Positions 15,979-24,619 are shown, counted from the stretch's first letter. The stretch is 32,000 bases of DNA from Methanothermobacter marburgensis str. Marburg (GCF_000145295.1 NC_014408.1:570001-602000), one strand, 5' to 3'. The notes: a model not told the origin generated them from the letters alone. A program made the numbers and translations.

Positions 15979-17355
15979 TTGAATGAGTACACCAACAGGT
16001 CACTCAGGGTCTATGTTCTCATAGCTGCAACCCTATCATCCTTTTTAACACCCTTCATGGGGTCATCCATCAACGTTGCACTCCCTGTGATAGCACTTCA
16101 CTTCGGGATAGATGCAATACTGCAGACATGGATTCCAACGGCATTTCTCCTTGCAGCGGCAATCTTTGCCGTACCCTTTGGGAGGATATCTGAGATATAC
16201 GGTATGAAGAGGATTTTTATCTATGGAAACATGATATTCACTGTTTCATCAGTCCTATCAGCATTCTCACCCTCTGCCCTTGCCCTCATAATATTCAGGG
16301 CCATCCAGGGCGTGGGATCAGCCATGATATTCGTCACAGGCCTTGCAATGCTCACCCGTGTATTCCCGCCAATGGAGAGGGGTAAGGCCATAGGTATAAA
16401 CACGGCCGCAGTGTACATTGGACTTTCGATGGGCCCGGTTCTTGGGGGTTTTCTCACGCATTTCCTGGGCTGGCAGAGCATATTCCTTGTCACGGTCCCG
16501 GTAACACTCATTGTTCTTGCTGTGTGCCTCCTTAAGGTTGAGGGGGAATGGGCTGATGCCTCAGGGGAAAGTTTCGATGTCCCCGGTTCAATCTCCTACT
16601 GTATATTCCTGTTTCTTTTAATGTATGGATTCTCCGCCCTTCCTGAGGTTGTAGGGGCGCTCATGATAGTCCTGAGTATCCTGGCATTCGCGATATTCCT
16701 TAAAATTGAACTATCATCAGAGAGCCCTGTGTTCAATGTGAGGCTCTTCAAAAATCTCAGATTCAGTTTCTCAAGTCTCGCGGCCCTCATAAACTACAGT
16801 GCAACATTTGCGGTTTCCCTGCTTCTGAGCTACCACCTTCAGTACATCAAGGGACTGGACCCGGGCTCCAGCGGACTCATACTCGTCACGCAGCCCATTG
16901 TCATGGCATTCGTGGCCCCCCTGGCAGGGAGGGCCTCTGACAGGTTCAACCCCCAGATACTTGCAGGTATAGGGATGGCAATAAATGCGGCTGCGCTTCT
17001 GAGCCTCAGCATCCTTGATAGGGGCACGCCCCTATTCATGATAGTGACATCCCTTCTTGTCCTTGGCCTCGGTTTCGGGTTTTTCTCATCCCCCAACACC
17101 AATGCAATCATGGGTTCCGTTGAGAGGAGGGACTATGGCATTGCATCTGCCACCGTGAGCTCCATGCGCCTCATCGGCCAGGCCTTCAGCATAGGTATAG
17201 TGACACTCATCTTCGCATTCCTGATAGGGAGGGTTCCAATATCCCCTGCAAATTATGACCTCCTTATAGAGAGCACAAGGATATGCTTCCTGGTGTTCGG
17301 GGTCCTATGTTTCATAGGGGTTTTTGCTGCAACAGCCCACAGGAATGACGGCTGA
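15979..17355 (+). CDS. MFS transporter (14-TMS DHA2/EmrB-like)
   Basis: TTG start 6 nt after GGAGGG. The protein is hydrophobic throughout. MFS motif A-like GRISEIYGMKR is present, along with RAIQGVGSAM and a central loop before TMS7. Confidence 0.9.
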   Translation: MNEYTNRSLRVYVLIAATLSSFLTPFMGSSINVALPVIALHFGIDAILQTWIPTAFLLAAAIFAVPFGRISEIYGMKRIFIYGNMIFTVSSVLSAFSPSALALIIFRAIQGVGSAMIFVTGLAMLTRVFPPMERGKAIGINTAAVYIGLSMGPVLGGFLTHFLGWQSIFLVTVPVTLIVLAVCLLKVEGEWADASGESFDVPGSISYCIFLFLLMYGFSALPEVVGALMIVLSILAFAIFLKIELSSESPVFNVRLFKNLRFSFSSLAALINYSATFAVSLLLSYHLQYIKGLDPGSSGLILVTQPIVMAFVAPLAGRASDRFNPQILAGIGMAINAAALLSLSILDRGTPLFMIVTSLLVLGLGFGFFSSPNTNAIMGSVERRDYGIASATVSSMRLIGQAFSIGIVTLIFAFLIGRVPISPANYDLLIESTRICFLVFGVLCFIGVFAATAHRNDG

Positions 17356-17467
17356 TGAGCAGACCCCTAAACTTTTCACAAAAAGTGATTTAATCTACAC
17401 TTTTTTTATTTTTTTGGAAAATTATTTAAACTATTTTTTATTTAATTTTTATTGAGGGGGGAAATTT

Positions 17468-18835
17468 TTGAAAGATGATTATCTGAAGGTTTATGTGCTA
17501 TGCGCAGTGACCTTCTCATCATTCCTCGCACCATTCATGGGTTCATCAATCAATGTGGCCCTCCCCCTTATGGGCGAGAGCCTTAATATGGGACCCTCCC
17601 AGCAGACCTGGATTATAACGGCATTTCTTTTAACAGCAAACGTCTTTCTATTGCCATTTGGCAGGTTATCTGAGATATACGGGATAAAGAGGCTCTTCAT
17701 TTCAGGTAACATCATATTCATCACAGCATCAGTTCTCTGTGCAATGGCACCTGATGCAGCTTCAATCATCCTTTTCAGGGCATTTCAGGGAATCGGGGCC
17801 TCCATGGTACTGGTAACAAGGCTTTCTCTCATATCAATGGTGTTCCCTGCATCTGAACGTGGCAGGGCCATAGGTGTGAATACAGCGGCAATAGATATGG
17901 GTCTCTTTGCCGGTCCCATCCTGGGAGGTTTTCTGGCAGAGATCATGGGATGGGAGTCCATATTCCTATTCACGGTTCCAGTGGGAATCCTTGTTATACT
18001 CATCTCGCTATCCAGAATTGATGACGAGTGGATGGCTGGTGGAAGCAAAAAATTCGATCTGGAAGGGTCACTCACCTACTGCACATCACTTTTTCTCTTC
18101 ATTCAGGGATTCTCAACACTTGCAAGTGTGAAGGGGCTTCTTCTGCTTGTTCTAAGTTTCCTGGCGTTTTCTCTCTTCATCAAGACGGAAACACAGGCAA
18201 GGAACCCACTCTTTAATGTTGAGTTATTTAAAAACAGAAGATTTTCCTTTTCATCCCTTGAAGCCCTTGTGGTATTCACATCCACATTTGCGGTTTCCCT
18301 GCTTCTCAGCTACCACCTCCAGTACGTCAGGGGACTCAGCCCCTCTGCCAGCGGACTTATACTCATAGTTCAACCCCTCATGATGGCCCTGATCGCCCCC
18401 CTTGCAGGGAGGATGGCCGATATGGTGAAGCCCCATATTCTGACATCAGCGGGTATGGTGCTGATCTTCATGGCACTCATGGGATTTGCAACACTGGGCC
18501 CTGATACACCGGAAACAGCAGTAATAATGGGACTCATGCTACTTGGAACGGGTATGGGACTTTTCTCATCCCCAAACACAACAAAGATTATGTGTTCAGT
18601 TAAGAGGGATCATGATGGGGTGGCGTCTGCCACCGTGAGCTCCATGCTCCTCATCGGCCAGGCCTTTAGCATGGGTACAGTGACACTGATCTTTGCATTC
18701 CTGATGGGGAGTGTTTCACTATCCCCTGCAAATTATGGCCTCCTCATGGAAAGCACAAGAAAATGCTTCCTTTTATTTGGTATTATCTGTTTCATAGGTC
18801 TTTTTGCCACAGCAATCCACAGAAACAGTTATTAA
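17468..18835 (+). CDS. MFS transporter, tandem paralog of the preceding gene
   Basis: TTG start after GAGGGGGG. It is collinear with the upstream paralog (GRLSEIYGIKR, RAFQGIGASM, FSFSSLEAL..STFAVSLLLSYHLQY). Confidence 0.9.
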   Translation: MKDDYLKVYVLCAVTFSSFLAPFMGSSINVALPLMGESLNMGPSQQTWIITAFLLTANVFLLPFGRLSEIYGIKRLFISGNIIFITASVLCAMAPDAASIILFRAFQGIGASMVLVTRLSLISMVFPASERGRAIGVNTAAIDMGLFAGPILGGFLAEIMGWESIFLFTVPVGILVILISLSRIDDEWMAGGSKKFDLEGSLTYCTSLFLFIQGFSTLASVKGLLLLVLSFLAFSLFIKTETQARNPLFNVELFKNRRFSFSSLEALVVFTSTFAVSLLLSYHLQYVRGLSPSASGLILIVQPLMMALIAPLAGRMADMVKPHILTSAGMVLIFMALMGFATLGPDTPETAVIMGLMLLGTGMGLFSSPNTTKIMCSVKRDHDGVASATVSSMLLIGQAFSMGTVTLIFAFLMGSVSLSPANYGLLMESTRKCFLLFGIICFIGLFATAIHRNSY

Positions 18836-19067
18836 ATGATCTTATATTGTTTGACAGTTGGGATGATCTGGGTCGCAGCATCAACCGTAAGTTCAATGAG
18901 TCTTATCGGGCAGATTCTGAACGGTCACCGCCAGCTTTTCGATTTTTATGGGGAGTCACATATTTTACCTAAGGATAAATATATTGATTAGGGAACAGGG
19001 ATCTGCTTCATCATATTTGCCTTGCTATGCATGATGGGGATACTTGCTCTGCTTATGGGTGTTAAAG

Positions 19068-19763
19068 ATGAGGATAAGGGTTCTTAAGGACGGACCATAC
19101 CTTGTGGAGGGCTCGGTACCACTCTATGAGGAGGTAATTGTAACCGATGAGGATGGACACACAAGGGAATTTGTTGAGAGAAGGGAGTTTCCAATGAAGG
19201 AGAGGTACCTCCTCTGCCGCTGTGGCGCATCAAAGAACAAACCCTACTGTGATGGAACACACCTTGAGGTGGGCTTTGATGGTACCGAAACAGCATCAAG
19301 GAAGCCCTACATTGAAAGGGCGACCGTGTTCAGGGCGGGGGACCTTGAACTCACCGATGTCCCTGAACTGTGCGACCACTCAAGGTTCTGCCTCAGGGCG
19401 GGGGGTATAAGGGAACTCCTCAGGAAGGGTGATACTGAGAGCATACAGATAGCCATTGAGGAGGCAATGATCTGCCCATCAGGGAGGCTCGTCCTCTGGG
19501 ACAGGAGGACCGGGAAACCCTATGAAAGGGACTATGAAAAATCAATAGTGGTTATCCATGATAAACAGAAGAAGTGTGAGGGGCCCCTCTGGGTCAGGGG
19601 AGGTATAAAAATAGAATCCGCAGATGGGAGGGAGTATGAGACCAGAAACAGGGTCACACTCTGTCGGTGCGGTTTATCTGAGAACAAACCATTCTGTGAT
19701 GGTAGCCACTGGATGAGTGCAGAGGAGAAGCTTGAATTTAAGAGGAAGTGGGGTATTGAGTAG
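19068..19763 (+). CDS. CDGSH-type iron-sulfur domain protein (two CDGSH motifs flanking a Cys-rich middle domain)
   Basis: CRCGASKNKPYCDGTH and CRCGLSENKPFCDGSH both match C-x-C-x2-S-x3-P-x-C-D-G-(S/T)-H. The middle region has CDHSRFC...ICPSG. ATG 19068 after GGGTG is preferred over the upstream TTG at 19044. Confidence 0.85.
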   Translation: MRIRVLKDGPYLVEGSVPLYEEVIVTDEDGHTREFVERREFPMKERYLLCRCGASKNKPYCDGTHLEVGFDGTETASRKPYIERATVFRAGDLELTDVPELCDHSRFCLRAGGIRELLRKGDTESIQIAIEEAMICPSGRLVLWDRRTGKPYERDYEKSIVVIHDKQKKCEGPLWVRGGIKIESADGREYETRNRVTLCRCGLSENKPFCDGSHWMSAEEKLEFKRKWGIE

Positions 19764-20207
19764 TTTTTTTGAGGAGAAGCTTGAATTTAAGAGGAAGTGG
19801 GGTATTGAGTAGTTTTTTTGAGGAGAAGCTTGAATTTAAGAGGAAGTGGGGTATTGAGTAGTTTTTTTGAGGAGAAGCTTGAATTTAAGAGGAAGTGGGG
19901 TATTGAGTAGTTTTTTTGAGGAGAAGCTTGAATTTAAGAGGAAGTGGGGTATTGAGTAGTTTTTTTGAGGAGAAGCTTGAATTTAAGAGGAAGTGGGGTA
20001 TTGAGTAGTTTTTTTGAGGAGAAGCTTGAATTTAAGAGGAAGTGGGGTATTGAGTAGTTTTTTTGAGGAGAAGCTTGAATTTAAGAGGAAGTGGGGTATT
20101 GAGTAGTTTTTTTGAGGAGAAGCTTGAATTTAAGAGGAAGTGGGGTATTGAGTAGTTTTTTTGAGGAGAAGCTTGAATTTAAGAGGAAGTGGGGTATTGA
20201 GTAGTTT
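19722..20207. repeat. perfect 49-bp tandem repeat, 9 full units plus one 45-bp unit
   Basis: The unit is GAGGAGAAGCTTGAATTTAAGAGGAAGTGGGGTATTGAGTAGTTTTTTT. Unit starts are 19722, 19771, 19820, 19869, 19918, 19967, 20016, 20065, 20114 and 20163. I found no mismatch when reading all copies. Unit 1 is the real 3' end of the CDGSH gene (EEKLEFKRKWGIE*) plus T7. Confidence 0.98.
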
Positions 20208-20244
20208 ACCAGAAAATAAGAAGAAATGAGAAATTTAGAAATTT

Positions 20245-20727
20245 CTACCCCATTTTCCTTTTCATCCAGAGCGCCCCTATTAAAAGGCCAACTATGACCC
20301 CTATCAGCGCCCCTGAAAGGAATGGAGTCATAAAGCCGCCACTCATCTTTTCTGTATTCACTGAGTTGAGTTCAAGGAGTTTCTCTCTGATTGATGCCTC
20401 ATCGGCACTGCAGTACGTCACCCTGGTTGCAAGTTCAGGATGCCTTTCAAGGAAGGCCCGCACGGTGTCCTGGTAGGCAACTGCCAGTATCTTCTTGTTG
20501 GGGTTTCCAAGGGCGTGTTCCAGTTCATGCTCCACATCCGATGGGCTCTGGAAACGGTACACGGTGACATTGACCCCGGTCTCATCGGCCACTGACCGCG
20601 CAAGTTTTCCTGTGGAGTTATCTGCTATTACAATGAATGACTCTGGGGTTATCTCCATTCCATGGGCTGAGACACCGCCGATAAGAAGAAAAATTAATAT
20701 GAATGCGAACTTTTTCACATGAACCAC
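20245..20727 (-). CDS. hypothetical bitopic protein (N-terminal signal/TM, C-terminal TM anchor)
   Basis: GTG start immediately after the upstream TAG stop. The N-terminal FAFILIFLLIGGVSAHG is signal-peptide-like. The C-terminal LSGALIGVIVGLLIGALW is followed by KRK. The ~110-aa central domain is unrecognised. Confidence 0.6.
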   Translation of the reverse strand: MVHVKKFAFILIFLLIGGVSAHGMEITPESFIVIADNSTGKLARSVADETGVNVTVYRFQSPSDVEHELEHALGNPNKKILAVAYQDTVRAFLERHPELATRVTYCSADEASIREKLLELNSVNTEKMSGGFMTPFLSGALIGVIVGLLIGALWMKRKMG

Positions 20728-21354
20728 CTAGACCTTTTCCATTGCAATGAGCTCAGGTTTCATCCTCTCAAGGAATGAGAATATGAACATGCTTGCAGCA
20801 CCCTCCACGACACCCACGAATATGTAGAAGGGTATGAGTGTTGACATGAGCATTTCAGGGCCTGCAACACCCGCTGCCAGGAGTATCATGATGTGGAACG
20901 CGGTTGCAATCATTATACCAAGAAGGAAGGTGGCTGAGAATACAGCAAGGCCCCTGTCGAGTTCACTTAGAACCCTGTAGACCCCATAGGTTCCGATTCC
21001 AAGGCCAATACCCATTGTCAGTATATTGGCCCCCATGCTGGTTATCCCCCCCATTCCAAGTATGAAGAACTGGACAAGGAGGCAGAGCACAGCAACCATA
21101 ACCGCCGTGAGGGGACCGAGTATTATGGCTGCAAGGGGTATCAGGAAGAAATGCACCGGGACACCGAAGGGTGATGGCACAGATATGGAGGATGCAACCG
21201 CCGCTGCCGCTGCAAAAAGTCCTGTTCCAGCTATCCTTTTTTCCTTTCCAGGTTTCTTTGAGAATATGTAGAAGAATATGCCAATGTTCACGAGTGCAAC
21301 AGCCCAGTAGACTGCAGACTGCCAAAGTGGTATGATTCCATCGGGTATATGCAC
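20728..21354 (-). CDS. CbiM/NikM-like metal (Co/Ni) transporter substrate-capture component
   Basis: The N-terminus MHIPDG is the hallmark of CbiM/NikM, where Met1-His2 ligate the metal. The protein is polytopic and Gly/Ala-rich. No CbiQ or CbiO gene is adjacent. Confidence 0.75.
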   Translation of the reverse strand: MHIPDGIIPLWQSAVYWAVALVNIGIFFYIFSKKPGKEKRIAGTGLFAAAAAVASSISVPSPFGVPVHFFLIPLAAIILGPLTAVMVAVLCLLVQFFILGMGGITSMGANILTMGIGLGIGTYGVYRVLSELDRGLAVFSATFLLGIMIATAFHIMILLAAGVAGPEMLMSTLIPFYIFVGVVEGAASMFIFSFLERMKPELIAMEKV

Positions 21355-21400
21355 TGTTGAACCTCCGTTAAGCGTTATTGAATATATGCACTTTTTGTAT

Positions 21401-21829
21401 TCAGTTGCGTGGGAACCTGAATGCGGTTAAACCAAAAACCAGGCACAGTCCTGCAAGTGCAGGTAGGAATCCGTAATCTGGTTTCATATTGACATCTGCT
21501 GTTTCTGTGGTATTCTCCCGTTCATCTGTAACGTTCTCTTCAGGCCGGACACTGCTTTCAGCACCGGACTTTCCTGATGAATCTGATGAGTCCAATTTGC
21601 TCTCATGGGTAGTTTTATGGCCACCTGATGTGCTTGTTTTGCTGCTACTCTGACCTGAAGGCTTATTCGAAGTACTGGATGAATCTGATGTGGTGGATGA
21701 ATCTGATTTACTGTCACCTGAATCCGATGGCTCCTCAATGTAGTAACCATGGCCCGGGTGGGCCCATGCATGATGCGAGAGACCTGCGATCAGCGCAACT
21801 GTCGCTAAAATGATAAGGAACCTTCTCAT
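21401..21829 (-). CDS. secreted/anchored Ser/Thr-rich low-complexity protein with His-rich mature N-terminus
   Basis: Signal peptide MRRFLIILATVALIAGLSHHAWA, then HPGHGYY, then ~90 aa dominated by S/T/D/K, then a C-terminal hydrophobic anchor FLPALAGLCLVFGLTAF followed by RFPRN. ATG after GGTGA. Confidence 0.6.
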   Translation of the reverse strand: MRRFLIILATVALIAGLSHHAWAHPGHGYYIEEPSDSGDSKSDSSTTSDSSSTSNKPSGQSSSKTSTSGGHKTTHESKLDSSDSSGKSGAESSVRPEENVTDERENTTETADVNMKPDYGFLPALAGLCLVFGLTAFRFPRN

Positions 21830-21854
21830 TGTATCACCACAGATTAGTTAAAAC

Positions 21855-21889
21855 ATCTTCAATATATAAAATCTTTTATTACTGAAGAT
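21855..21889 (-). promoter_or_regulatory. TATA-like box (TTTTATATAT on the minus strand) bracketed by a 7-bp inverted repeat ATCTTCA/TGAAGAT
   Basis: The AT-rich core lies ~37 nt upstream of the 21829 ATG. The arms at 21855-21861 and 21883-21889 are perfect complements. Confidence 0.4.
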
Positions 21890-22057
21890 ACTGATAGGAA
21901 TCTAAAAGTAATACCAGAATGGAGATGTGGTCGCGGAACTCCTTGATGAGGAGATCTATGAAATCAAAGGTAAATGCTCTATGTGATTTAGAAAATTAAG
22001 AGGATCTAAGTGGGCTGATAGATCAGCCTCTATCCATAAAATAAAAATAAGCCTCTT

Positions 22058-23335
22058 CTATTTTGAGGACTCCAGAACATCCAGAAGGGCATGTGAGATA
22101 TCCCTGAAACTGTAACCCTCACTCACAAGGTTTCCCAGGAGCTCGGAGTCACCGTAACTCTTGGATTTAAGGTTTCTACGGAGCACCTCCACAAGGTCCT
22201 CTTCGTAACCCCTCCTTATCTCCTGCGGGGATGGCATGTTGCTCTTCTTTATCCTTTTACCTGTAAAGGACTGGATTCGCCTTAACCTGTGGACCTCCCT
22301 TCCAACAACCAGTGTAAAGGATTTTCCACTTGAACCGGCACGCCCGGTACGCCCTATCCTGTGAACATAGTACTCGTTCTCGAATGGGAGATCATAGTTG
22401 ACAACGACCTCCACATCAGGCACATGTATACCCCGTGCAGCAACATCAGTTGCAATGAGGAGGTTGAACCTTCCCTTCCTGAAGCGTTCCATGACACGCT
22501 CACGCTTTGACTGTGATAGATCCCCGTGAATTTCATCCACAGAGTAACCCATACGGCTAAGCTGCTTTCTGAGCCTCTGAACCCTCCTTTTGGTGTTGCA
22601 GAATATGAGGCCCATTCTGATGTCATTGGATGTCAGTATCCAGTCAAGGAGCTCAACCTTGTCCTCCTCCCTGGTTTTGAAATAGAATTCATCTATCCTG
22701 GGGCTGTGCTTTTTCTCTACACGGAGAATCTGGGGGCTCCTCATATACCTCTCTGCGATCCTTAGCACCGGCTTTGAGATGGTTGCAGAGAACAGCATGG
22801 TCTGTCTCCTTTCAGGGACGTGGGATAGTATCCTCTCTATGTCATCTATGAAGCCCATGTTGAGCATTTCATCGGCCTCATCAAGCACAACCGTGGATAT
22901 GCCTCCAAGGTCCACAGTACCCCTCTCGATATGGTCTATGAGCCTTCCTGGTGTTGCGACGATAACATGGACGCCCCTCCTGAGTTCGGCTATCTGACCT
23001 CCAATACCCTGGCCACCATAGACCGCAAGCACCCTCACATTAAGGTACTTGCCTATCCTCCTTATCTCATCGGTGACCTGCAGACAGAGTTCACGGGTCG
23101 GGCAGATCACAAGTGCCTGGGGGACCCTCTCTGGTTCAAGGTTCTCAAGCAGTGGTATGGTAAAGGCAGCGGTTTTCCCGGTCCCGGTCTGGGCCTCGCC
23201 AACAACGTCCATACCATCAAGTGTAACAGGTAATGTAAGTGCCTGGATTGGGGTTGTACCCTCAAATCCCATATCATCAAGGGCCCTGTTAATTTCCCCT
23301 GAGATATCAAATTCACTGAATTTCAATTCTTTCAT
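22058..23335 (-). CDS. DEAD-box ATP-dependent RNA helicase
   Basis: FSEF..GF..TPIQ (Q motif), AQTGTGKT, PTRELC, VLDEADEM, SAT and HRIGRTGRAG are all present. ATG 23335 (MKELKF...) is preferred. The ORF extends to a TTG at 23374. Confidence 0.95.
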   Translation of the reverse strand: MKELKFSEFDISGEINRALDDMGFEGTTPIQALTLPVTLDGMDVVGEAQTGTGKTAAFTIPLLENLEPERVPQALVICPTRELCLQVTDEIRRIGKYLNVRVLAVYGGQGIGGQIAELRRGVHVIVATPGRLIDHIERGTVDLGGISTVVLDEADEMLNMGFIDDIERILSHVPERRQTMLFSATISKPVLRIAERYMRSPQILRVEKKHSPRIDEFYFKTREEDKVELLDWILTSNDIRMGLIFCNTKRRVQRLRKQLSRMGYSVDEIHGDLSQSKRERVMERFRKGRFNLLIATDVAARGIHVPDVEVVVNYDLPFENEYYVHRIGRTGRAGSSGKSFTLVVGREVHRLRRIQSFTGKRIKKSNMPSPQEIRRGYEEDLVEVLRRNLKSKSYGDSELLGNLVSEGYSFRDISHALLDVLESSK

Positions 23336-23548
23336 TTTTATCTTTTCCTCAATTCTTAAAAATCGATTATTCAATTATCAGCTGCCAGCCGGCAGATCTG
23401 AAACATGATAGCCCCAAAATTTCTGCCAGGCACATGATAATTAAAAATCAGCACATATCCATGTTGAACTCCACACTATTTAAACTAATGGTTTTGGTGT
23501 GAATTAATTTTCAGGATTTAGTTCATTATAAGGATCTGTAATCTGGTT

Positions 23549-24169
23549 TCAGATGACTCGCGGGATTTTTTCATTGAGAAATAGTCTTATCACACGCATG
23601 GGTGTCACTATCATGTTTATCCTTTCATCGTGGTCCTCAACAGGGACACTTTCAATGATCTGCAGCTCATGTACCGTTGTAGCTATGGGGGTATCCTCTC
23701 CTATGGCCCCCTGATCCCTGAGTTCAGATATCTCCCTGTCACCGTATCCTCCCCCCTTACCGAGGCGGTTTCCCTCCAGGTCAACGGCCACGGATCCCTC
23801 AACAACAAGGTCAACCTCAGGGAATCTGCTGATGAATGAGCCATACCTGTAGGCGCCCCTTATGGTTGATGCAGCATCAGCATCCGGAACATCCCCTGAG
23901 ATTAAAAGGTAACCATCCTTTATCTTTGGTGTGGGCATTACAAGGTCCTTTCCATCATCAAGGGCCAGTCTTCTCACTGGGCGCTGGGCAGAATCGGGGG
24001 ATGAGAATACAACATCTGCTCTTTCCCATTCTATGGTCCTTGAGAGCCTCTCTGCGGCTGCAACTGACCCCTGAAAGTCTGGTATGCGGCCATGGGGGCG
24101 GCTGCTTACACCCCTATCCTTCAGGAGTTTCCAGATCCTCTCCCTGATTAGGTTCTTATCCGTCATCAT
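23549..24169 (-). CDS. 5-formyltetrahydrofolate cyclo-ligase family protein
   Basis: N-terminal K..IRERIW..L, then VVFSSPDSAQRP.R, then GNRLGKGGGYGDRE, typical of the MTHFS-like fold. The substrate in a methanopterin-using organism is unclear. Confidence 0.7.
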   Translation of the reverse strand: MMTDKNLIRERIWKLLKDRGVSSRPHGRIPDFQGSVAAAERLSRTIEWERADVVFSSPDSAQRPVRRLALDDGKDLVMPTPKIKDGYLLISGDVPDADAASTIRGAYRYGSFISRFPEVDLVVEGSVAVDLEGNRLGKGGGYGDREISELRDQGAIGEDTPIATTVHELQIIESVPVEDHDERINMIVTPMRVIRLFLNEKIPRVI

Positions 24170-24196
24170 TTTTCTCTGCAGACAGATTCAAATGGA

Positions 24197-24619
24197 TCAT
24201 AAATCCTGTTCAGCATCATCGGCCCCATTCTTCGCTGCACTAACAACCCGTGTACCTGCAATTGCGTCGAGGATCCTCAGGCGATTCCTGAGGCGTCCCA
24301 GGATGACGTCCAGGATGAGGGGGAACCAGAGTATCCTTGAAAGGTTCCTTATGACAACCTGGCCCCAGCCAAGTTCACCCTCCTCTGATATTACATGAAG
24401 GCCCATCATCCTCTTACCCACTGTTCCTCCATGGTACTCAAGGTAGCTGAAATACAGAATGGTTATGATGCCAAGGAGGGGGAGCCAGTATCTGTAGATT
24501 GAGAAAAGGTTCAGGAGAAGTGCTAATGGATAAACAAGGACTGTTAAGAGGTACATCACCCCTGTAACCACAAGGAAGTCCAATGCAAATGCACAGAGCC
24601 TTTTCTTCTTAAGTTCCAT
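24197..24619 (-). CDS. RDD-family membrane protein
   Basis: KRLCAFALDFLVV, hydrophobic helices and GGTVGKRMMGLHVISEEG are typical of RDD domains. Confidence 0.65.
   Translation of the reverse strand: MELKKKRLCAFALDFLVVTGVMYLLTVLVYPLALLLNLFSIYRYWLPLLGIITILYFSYLEYHGGTVGKRMMGLHVISEEGELGWGQVVIRNLSRILWFPLILDVILGRLRNRLRILDAIAGTRVVSAAKNGADDAEQDL

Noticed and set aside
17352-17400. CUGAUGA at the MFS1 stop codon followed by UGAU, as a possible C/D-box sRNA
   Set aside because: No CUGA D or D' boxes follow at the appropriate spacing. The match is just the tandem stop sequence GGC TGA TGA.
2188-17470. Apparent excess of TTG start codons (2188, 9747, 11672, 15979, 17468, possibly 3210)
   Set aside because: Each has a good GGAGG/GGTG-type RBS at 5-8 nt. 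About 5 of 35 genes is within the TTG usage I recall for this lineage, so it is not anomalous.
18763-18972. 69-aa plus-strand ORF running off the end of the second MFS gene
   Set aside because: It starts inside the MFS coding region in another frame, has no RBS and gives a non-descript product. It is probably spurious.
19722-20207. Could the 49-bp array be a CRISPR array or a degenerate coding repeat?
   Set aside because: The units are contiguous with no unique spacers, so the array is not CRISPR. The period is 49 (not 3n) and every unit carries stop codons in two forward frames. No ORF of 60 aa or more exists on either strand, so it is not a repeat-protein gene.
20236-20247. 12-bp palindrome TAGAAATTTCTA overlapping the stop codon of the 20245-20727 gene
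   Set aside because: It is short, AT-rich and statistically unremarkable in an AT-rich intergenic context. There is no supporting second copy.
21940-22030. Possible C/D-box sRNA (UGAUGA at ~21947 and CUGA at ~22015) in the gap between the helicase gene and the Ser/Thr-rich protein gene
   Set aside because: There is no D' (CUGA) at the expected ~12 nt after the C box. The C' candidate (UGUGAUU) is weak, the overall length is ~75 nt, and no terminal stem is present. This is not enough to call. The GGCTGA-TAGA-TCAGCC hairpin at 22012-22027 is more simply a 3'-end structure of the helicase transcript.
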